Origin: an uncultured Acidobacteriia bacterium
GTDB taxonomy: Bacteria; Acidobacteriota; Terriglobia; Bryobacterales; Bryobacteraceae
DNA: 64,000 bases
Direction: 5' to 3'
Assembly: GCA_903925015.1 (NCBI GenBank)
Contig: CAIYDY010000318.1
Span: 11,299 to 75,298, forward strand
Part shown: piece by piece, positions 58,869 through 64,000 of the stretch
Position numbering within the stretch: the first letter of the stretch is position 1
Layout of the letters: each line of letters starts with the position of its first letter
Position numbers and translations under genes: made by a program
The notes under the pieces: generated by a model
Seen by the model: only the letters and a program-made list of their open reading frames with translations
Database searches by the model: none
Told to the model about the DNA's origin: nothing

Positions 58869-60947
58869 TCAGAATTCCAGTTTGGCGATCAGTCCGTTCA
58901 ACCGGCCCTGCAACTGCGCCGTCTGGTTGTCCAATTCCGTCTGGCGCTCCCGTATCTTCGCGATTTGCGTCTCCTGGTCGGCCAGCTTGCGGGCGTATTC
59001 CTGCACCAGCTGCTGTTGCCCGCCCACCCCGGAAAGGCTGGCGATGTTCTGCCGGTTGCGCTCCTCGTCGGACGTCACCTTTTGGACATCCTTCTCGATC
59101 CGGCTTTTCTCCGCGCCCGCCGCCGCCAGTTGGGTTTTCACGTCGAAAATCTCCTGAAGTTGCCGCCGCGCGGCGTCGCTCAATACTTTGTTGCGGATTT
59201 GGACGGCCAAAATCTCGGGCATCATTGTGATGATCGATGTGGTCTGGGCGAAAAGATGTTCCTCCGTGACAATCAGTTCCGTGTTGGCGTTTGCTGGAAG
59301 CTTCACCTCGAACCTGTACACATCGCTTGCCGTTTCAAAGGGCTTTACCGGGCCGATCAGGTGGAAGTCACGGCGGATCGGATGTTCGACAATCAATGTT
59401 TTCGTCTTGGGGTCGACGTTGTGGATTTCGTAAACCTTCTTCTCCGTTTGGGCGTACCGTGACTCTAAAATGCCGTCATGGGCATGGATCTCCCGGATGT
59501 TGCTCCGCTCGGAGTTGACGTTTGTAGAGATCCTTGTGCCCAAGTCAACCCCGTAGCTTATGAACCGCTTGTCCGAGTTTTTCACGGTTTCGACCAACGC
59601 TTCGCCCGCATAGGTTCCGGCATCGAAGATTGTGATTGGACCGCCATCCATGGGGCGGCCGGAATTGTTTGTGATTTCGGCCGCGCTTAAAGGGTTTGGC
59701 TTTTCGTCATCTGAGTAAATGATGAGCCTCCGAGCCGGAATCTTGCGTTGAAGGAACGGCAGCATGGCCGATTCATTCTTCTTGACAGTAACCGGATTCT
59801 GAATAGTGTATTCAAAGAGGTCGGCTACTTCATTGGCGTGACCCTCGCTAGCGACATTGCTTGACTCGACGTTGACTGTTTCCGCAATACTTCCTACATT
59901 GCCATTTCGGTCAAATCCGGGTCTTGGTGGTCCTGGCTGCTTGGTTGCCGGGCCCATACGAGCCATGGCCGGTGCCGGGGGTGCTAACAGGTACGAAACC
60001 GCCCCCGTATGCACGGTTGGCGCAACAGCCTGGTCCTCCGGCAGCTCCGCACCCTCCCGCTTGATGTACTTCGGCCCGTACAACTGGCTCACAAATGAAA
60101 TCGGCTTCCCCGAAACCAGCGAAATGTGCACGTTGGTCCAATCCTCGCCGGTTGTGTTGTCGGCGATGGCCCAACCCTCCAGCGTCGCCTCGGTCCCCTT
60201 TTCGTCGAACAGCAGCCGATAGCTCGATTTCCACGCGGGCATCGGTGTGATGTAGCTCGCCCGGACTTCGCGCGATTTCGAATCCGTCGAATCAATGTAT
60301 ACGCTGCGTTTGTCGCGCGACCGGGCCCCGTTCAGCGCCGATAGGAAATCCTTGAACAGGGTCTGCAGCTTCACATCGGGAAACCGGATCGACGTTGCAG
60401 CCGAAAGATCCACATTCCGCAGATCGCCCGAGTCGGTCAGCAGTGTGACCTGTTCCTTTTCGGCCCGATCCTTGTCGCCGGGAATCAACCGCGCACCCGC
60501 AATTACGGCCACCAGCTTCTGCGGACCGAACTCCATCTCGACGCGCGCGCCCTTCAACTGGTCCAGCATGTTGCTCAGCGGCTGGTTGTCACCCGCTTGG
60601 AAGGGAAATTCCGCCAGTTTCGAAGCCAACGGAATCGACGAGTCATACCGTACACCCGTGACCTTGCCCACCGAATCGGTGATCGTCAACGACTTCAACA
60701 CGTCATTCATCTCCGACGCATTGAAATCCAGCCGTGCCGATTCCCCAGGCCCCATCGTCCCGCCGCGCTCGAAATACCCCACCCCGTGCTTGTACAGCAC
60801 CACCGATCGGACGGGCAATTCCGCCCCCAGTGCGGGTACGGGTGCCACCAGAACGGCGCACAGGGCCGAGGCAATCAGTTTCGAGCCGGACGAACGTTGT
60901 ACGAGCATGCGCTGGGGTAGACGACGGGCACCGCTTTTCGGTTCCAC
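58869..60947 (-). CDS. DUF4139-like exported protein with a C-terminal coiled coil
   Basis: N-terminal 'VRSVVLYKHGVGYFERGG' (DUF4140/4139-like). The C-terminal ~110 aa are heptad-like and Gln/Glu/Lys-rich ('...QETQIAKIRERQTELDNQTAQLQGRLNGLIAKLEF'). GTG start; alternative ATG at 60908. Confidence 0.55.
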   Translation of the reverse strand: MEPKSGARRLPQRMLVQRSSGSKLIASALCAVLVAPVPALGAELPVRSVVLYKHGVGYFERGGTMGPGESARLDFNASEMNDVLKSLTITDSVGKVTGVRYDSSIPLASKLAEFPFQAGDNQPLSNMLDQLKGARVEMEFGPQKLVAVIAGARLIPGDKDRAEKEQVTLLTDSGDLRNVDLSAATSIRFPDVKLQTLFKDFLSALNGARSRDKRSVYIDSTDSKSREVRASYITPMPAWKSSYRLLFDEKGTEATLEGWAIADNTTGEDWTNVHISLVSGKPISFVSQLYGPKYIKREGAELPEDQAVAPTVHTGAVSYLLAPPAPAMARMGPATKQPGPPRPGFDRNGNVGSIAETVNVESSNVASEGHANEVADLFEYTIQNPVTVKKNESAMLPFLQRKIPARRLIIYSDDEKPNPLSAAEITNNSGRPMDGGPITIFDAGTYAGEALVETVKNSDKRFISYGVDLGTRISTNVNSERSNIREIHAHDGILESRYAQTEKKVYEIHNVDPKTKTLIVEHPIRRDFHLIGPVKPFETASDVYRFEVKLPANANTELIVTEEHLFAQTTSIITMMPEILAVQIRNKVLSDAARRQLQEIFDVKTQLAAAGAEKSRIEKDVQKVTSDEERNRQNIASLSGVGGQQQLVQEYARKLADQETQIAKIRERQTELDNQTAQLQGRLNGLIAKLEF

Positions 60948-60950
60948 GCC

Positions 60951-62300
60951 CTACCGAACTGCGGCGAACGGCCACTCGCCCCCGCGGCTCGCCCTCCACA
61001 GGTAGGCCGCGATCCCGACTCCCAGCAATGCCACCCCCGCCGCAATGTACTCGAAGCCGCTCGCCGCCAAGATGTAGAACCATCCGACAAACGCCAGCAC
61101 GCTTGTCAACGGATAGAGCGGCATGCTGTAGGGCCGTTCGATGTCCGGGCGGTTGCGCCGGATCAGCGTCACCGCCAAGACCTGCGCCATGAACTGCACG
61201 ATGATTTGGATCACCACGAACGCGTTCACCAGCGTTTCCAGCGGCAGCAGGCAGGCCAGTGCCGACGCCGCGCCCATGAACACAACGGAAAAACTGGGGA
61301 ATGCCCGGGTGGGGTGCAGCCTGGCGAATGGCTCGAAAAATCGCCCCTGGACGGCCGCCGCGAACGGTATCCGGCTGGCCCCCAGCAGTCCGGCGAAGAG
61401 CGATGCCAGTGTGGTCCACAGAATCAGCACCGTCACCACCTGCGCCGCCGCCGTTCCGTAGAGCTTCTGAACGAAGTCCGAGGCGATGGCGGTGGAGCGG
61501 ATCGCCTCGCGCCACGGCACCACGCTGAGGATTCCCACGTTCATCGCCATATAGAGGATGGCCACCGCCACCACGGCGCACAGGATGGACCTCGGCACTA
61601 CGCGAGCGGGGTTCCGTACCTCCCCCGCGAAATAGCAGATATTTCCGTATCCGGCGTAGTCGTACATGGCGATCAGCGTTGCGCCGCCCACGCCCGCGAA
61701 GAAGGCCGGGTTGGGGCTGAAGGCTCCCGGCGGGAAATCCAGCACTCTTTTGGCGTCGAAGTGCCAGAGTCCGCTTGCCGCGATCCAAACTACGGTGGCC
61801 ACCACCGCGATCCACATTGCGATCGAAAGTTTGGAAATCGCCCGGATGTCCCGGTAGAGCATCAGCGTGGTCAGCCCGCAAACGGCCATCGCCAGCAGCT
61901 TTTCCTGGCTCCAGGTGAGGTTGCCCACGAGGAACTTGGTGTATTGCGCGAAGCCCACGGCCCCGGAGGCGGCGTTGATGGGCAGCAGGAAAATCGATTG
62001 CCAGATGAACAGGAAGCTCATCATCCGCCCGAGCGTTTTTGGCCCGTACGCTTCCGATAGGAAGTGCAGCGGGCCGCCGGTACCGGGCAATGCGGCGCCC
62101 AACTCGGCCCAAACCATGCCGTCGCAAAGTGCCACGACCGCGCCCAGAACCCAGCCCAGCATCGCTTGCGGCCCGTTCATCTTGGCCAGCAGAATCGGAA
62201 TGGTGATGAACGGCCCCACCCCGATCATTGTGATCATGTTGGACGCCGTCGCCCCCCAGATGCCTACGCCGCGGATCAGGCGGGGTTCGCCGGTTTGCAT
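60951..62300 (-). CDS. APC-superfamily amino acid/polyamine permease
   Basis: 'GVGIWGATASNMITMIGVGPF' at the N-terminus and about 12 TM segments typical of APC transporters. Confidence 0.8.
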   Translation of the reverse strand: MQTGEPRLIRGVGIWGATASNMITMIGVGPFITIPILLAKMNGPQAMLGWVLGAVVALCDGMVWAELGAALPGTGGPLHFLSEAYGPKTLGRMMSFLFIWQSIFLLPINAASGAVGFAQYTKFLVGNLTWSQEKLLAMAVCGLTTLMLYRDIRAISKLSIAMWIAVVATVVWIAASGLWHFDAKRVLDFPPGAFSPNPAFFAGVGGATLIAMYDYAGYGNICYFAGEVRNPARVVPRSILCAVVAVAILYMAMNVGILSVVPWREAIRSTAIASDFVQKLYGTAAAQVVTVLILWTTLASLFAGLLGASRIPFAAAVQGRFFEPFARLHPTRAFPSFSVVFMGAASALACLLPLETLVNAFVVIQIIVQFMAQVLAVTLIRRNRPDIERPYSMPLYPLTSVLAFVGWFYILAASGFEYIAAGVALLGVGIAAYLWRASRGGEWPFAAVR

Positions 62301-62344
62301 TCCATGATGTTACGACAGACCCCGTGCTATCCTACGGACTTAGT

Positions 62345-62420
62345 GGGCCTGTGGCGCAGTTGGGAGCGCGCTTCCATGGCATGGAAGAGGTCAAGGGTTC
62401 GAATCCCTTCAGGTCCACCA
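62345..62420 (+). tRNA. tRNA-Ala (anticodon GGC)
   Basis: GGGCCTG/CAGGTCC acceptor with the G3:U70 alanine identity pair. Anticodon arm CTTCC-ATGGCAT-GGAAG. T arm AAGGG-TTCGAAT-CCCTT. Encoded CCA. 76 nt. Confidence 0.9.
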
Positions 62421-62758
62421 AATACTCCCCCCTCAGTAACAGCCCGCAAGCAATTCGACCCACGAACGTGTCATTTGCCTAGCGTCATAATCACGAGGTG
62501 AATTGGGCTGTCGAGGTTACGGATGAGTTCAAGGCTTGATTGAACGGGCTCGCCGAAGTGGAGCGTGTATCCGTCGAGAGGGGGTTCTGCCGCTGGAGGA
62601 ACGCGGCCTGCACCTCCCGTTTTCCGAATGCAGCGGCGTGAGCGGTTCGCGCGATTCCGCAATGCGTGAACTTCGAGTCCGACATCAAGGGCGTCCCTAC
62701 CGGCCATCGAATCTTGTTTTGATGCGCCGGGTCCGGGTAACCTCGTTGAAGAGGTTCC

Positions 62759-63811
62759 GTGACGCCGCCAATCCCAATCCCCCAAGAAAAATACGAAGCG
62801 GTCTCGCGCAGCCTGCGCGAAGCATTCAACACCACCGCCATCGACCACATCCAGCCCATCACCAAAGGTCTCAGCTCCGACCTCGTCTTTCGCATCGTGG
62901 TGCAAGGTTCCCCGTTCATCCTAAAGATCATGACCCGCATCGATGAGCGCAACGACCCCGCGCGCATCTTTGCCGCCATGCAATCCGCAGCCCAAGCCGG
63001 GCTCGCGCCCCGTGTTCGGCACACCAACATCGACGACGGAATTTCCATCATCGATTTCGTGGAACCCGTGCCATTCTCCCCATCCGAAGCCCTCTCCCGC
63101 CTTCCCGCCGTACTTGCCAGGCTCCACGCCTTGCCGCCATTTCCCAAGACCTTCAACCACGTCACCGCCCACAACGGTTTCATCTGGCGCTTCCGGTCCG
63201 CGAATCTGCTGCCATCCCACGAAGTTCAGGAGGTTTTCGGGCGCTACGCGGAACTTTGCGCCGTCTATCCCCGCCTCGATTCGGACATAGTTCCTTGTCA
63301 CGACGATCTGAAGCCGGAGAACATCCTCTTCGACGGCTCCCACGTCTGGCTTGTGGACTGGCAAGCCGCTTTTCAAAATGACCGCTACTTCGACCTTGCC
63401 GTTGTCGCCAACTTTCTGGTCGCCAACGAGGAGGACGAAGCCTTGTACCTCCACCAATACTTTGGACAGCCTCCCGACGCCTACCAGCGCGCCCGCTTCT
63501 TTCTGATGTCCCAAATGCTGCATCTGTTCTATGCCACCGTCTTCCTGCTTCTGGGTGCCGCGGGCAAGCCGGTGGATCTCGAAGTCGGCGCACCGGACTT
63601 CCACGAATGGAACACGCGCGTGTGGACCGACGGCATCGATCTGGCCGACAACGGAATCAGGATCCTCTACGGCCGGGTTCACTGGGAACGCCTGTTGAGG
63701 AATCTCCGCGGCCCCCGGTTCGCGGAAGCGCTGCAAATCGTCGCGGACCGGCATCGGAACGACGACAACCTCTGCCTACTCCTGCCGACTGCACCGCAAC
63801 TCCCGGCCTAG
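62759..63811 (+). CDS. phosphotransferase-family (APH/choline-kinase-like) protein
   Basis: Catalytic loop 'CHDDLKPENILFDG' and 'LVDWQAAFQNDRYFDLA' (Brenner/DxD-type kinase motifs). GTG start after GAAGAGG. Confidence 0.75.
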   Translation: MTPPIPIPQEKYEAVSRSLREAFNTTAIDHIQPITKGLSSDLVFRIVVQGSPFILKIMTRIDERNDPARIFAAMQSAAQAGLAPRVRHTNIDDGISIIDFVEPVPFSPSEALSRLPAVLARLHALPPFPKTFNHVTAHNGFIWRFRSANLLPSHEVQEVFGRYAELCAVYPRLDSDIVPCHDDLKPENILFDGSHVWLVDWQAAFQNDRYFDLAVVANFLVANEEDEALYLHQYFGQPPDAYQRARFFLMSQMLHLFYATVFLLLGAAGKPVDLEVGAPDFHEWNTRVWTDGIDLADNGIRILYGRVHWERLLRNLRGPRFAEALQIVADRHRNDDNLCLLLPTAPQLPA

Positions 63812-63868
63812 GTTGACGGGTGCATCCGGAAGGCAATAAACTTGCTGTGCCAGGCCACTTCCACAACA

Positions 63869-64000
63869 ATGACTTTCCGGATCGCCCTCCCCATCGTTCT
63901 CACCGCAGCGTGGATGCTGCAACCCGATCTGTCCGCCCAACCCCAGCCGGCTCCCCAGCAGCCCGGCCAGCTGGAGTACGAGCGCAATTGCGCCTCCTGC
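63869..64000 (+). CDS. exported c-type cytochrome (3' end beyond the window)
   Basis: ATG at 63869 gives MTFRIALPIVLTAAWMLQPDLSAQ..., a signal peptide. The window ends at 'YERNCASC', the beginning of a CxxCH motif. Confidence 0.5.
   Translation, partial: MTFRIALPIVLTAAWMLQPDLSAQPQPAPQQPGQLEYERNCASC

Overview
This is a GC-rich bacterial chromosomal segment (GC judged by eye, not computed). I call about 50 protein-coding genes and 3 tRNAs. I found no rRNA, CRISPR array, transposase or integrase. The gene content suggests an Acidobacteriota-like genome (Solibacter/Bryobacter type); this is inference only. It includes two very large CarboxypepD_reg/TonB-type outer-membrane proteins, two PSCyt-DUF1549-DUF1553 + DUF1501 gene pairs and tandem YVTN-like beta-propellers.

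Left to right:
- a 5'-truncated lactonase gene
- the conserved ffh-rpsP-KH-rimM-trmD operon (minus strand)
- a class II aldolase and a SIS-domain gene
- an S41 peptidase homologue that has lost its Ser/Lys catalytic dyad
- a small cytochrome c
- divergent tRNA-Arg(CCG) and tRNA-Ser(GCT), followed by a toxin-first RelE/HigB-like + XRE toxin-antitoxin pair
- module 1: outer-membrane protein, divergent from a PSCyt/DUF1549/LamG/DUF1553 gene and a DUF1501 gene
- a long minus-strand string: two small exported Cys-containing proteins, cusC, cusB, cusA, a duplicated PH-like protein and an orphan PfaD-type enoyl reductase
- an active/inactive M16B peptidase pair with a fused extra domain that recurs as a stand-alone gene, then a second giant outer-membrane protein
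- an XRE-ImmA/IrrE fusion with a degenerate HEXXH motif
- two tandem beta-propeller paralogues
- module 2: PSCyt/DUF1549/DUF1553 + DUF1501 + MBL hydrolase, with matching Gly/Met-rich insertions in both partners
- a 'urea carboxylase' cluster whose gene content matches the guanidine carboxylase / carboxyguanidine deiminase / allophanate hydrolase pathway, with its ABC importer
- dctA, malQ, a DUF4139 coiled-coil protein, an APC permease, tRNA-Ala(GGC), an APH-family kinase and the start of another cytochrome c

The best candidate for an uncharacterised system is the recurrent outer-membrane protein / PSCyt-DUF1553 / DUF1501 module. Second is the accessory genes wrapped around the cus efflux operon. 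All product calls rest on motif recognition by eye. No database search was run.
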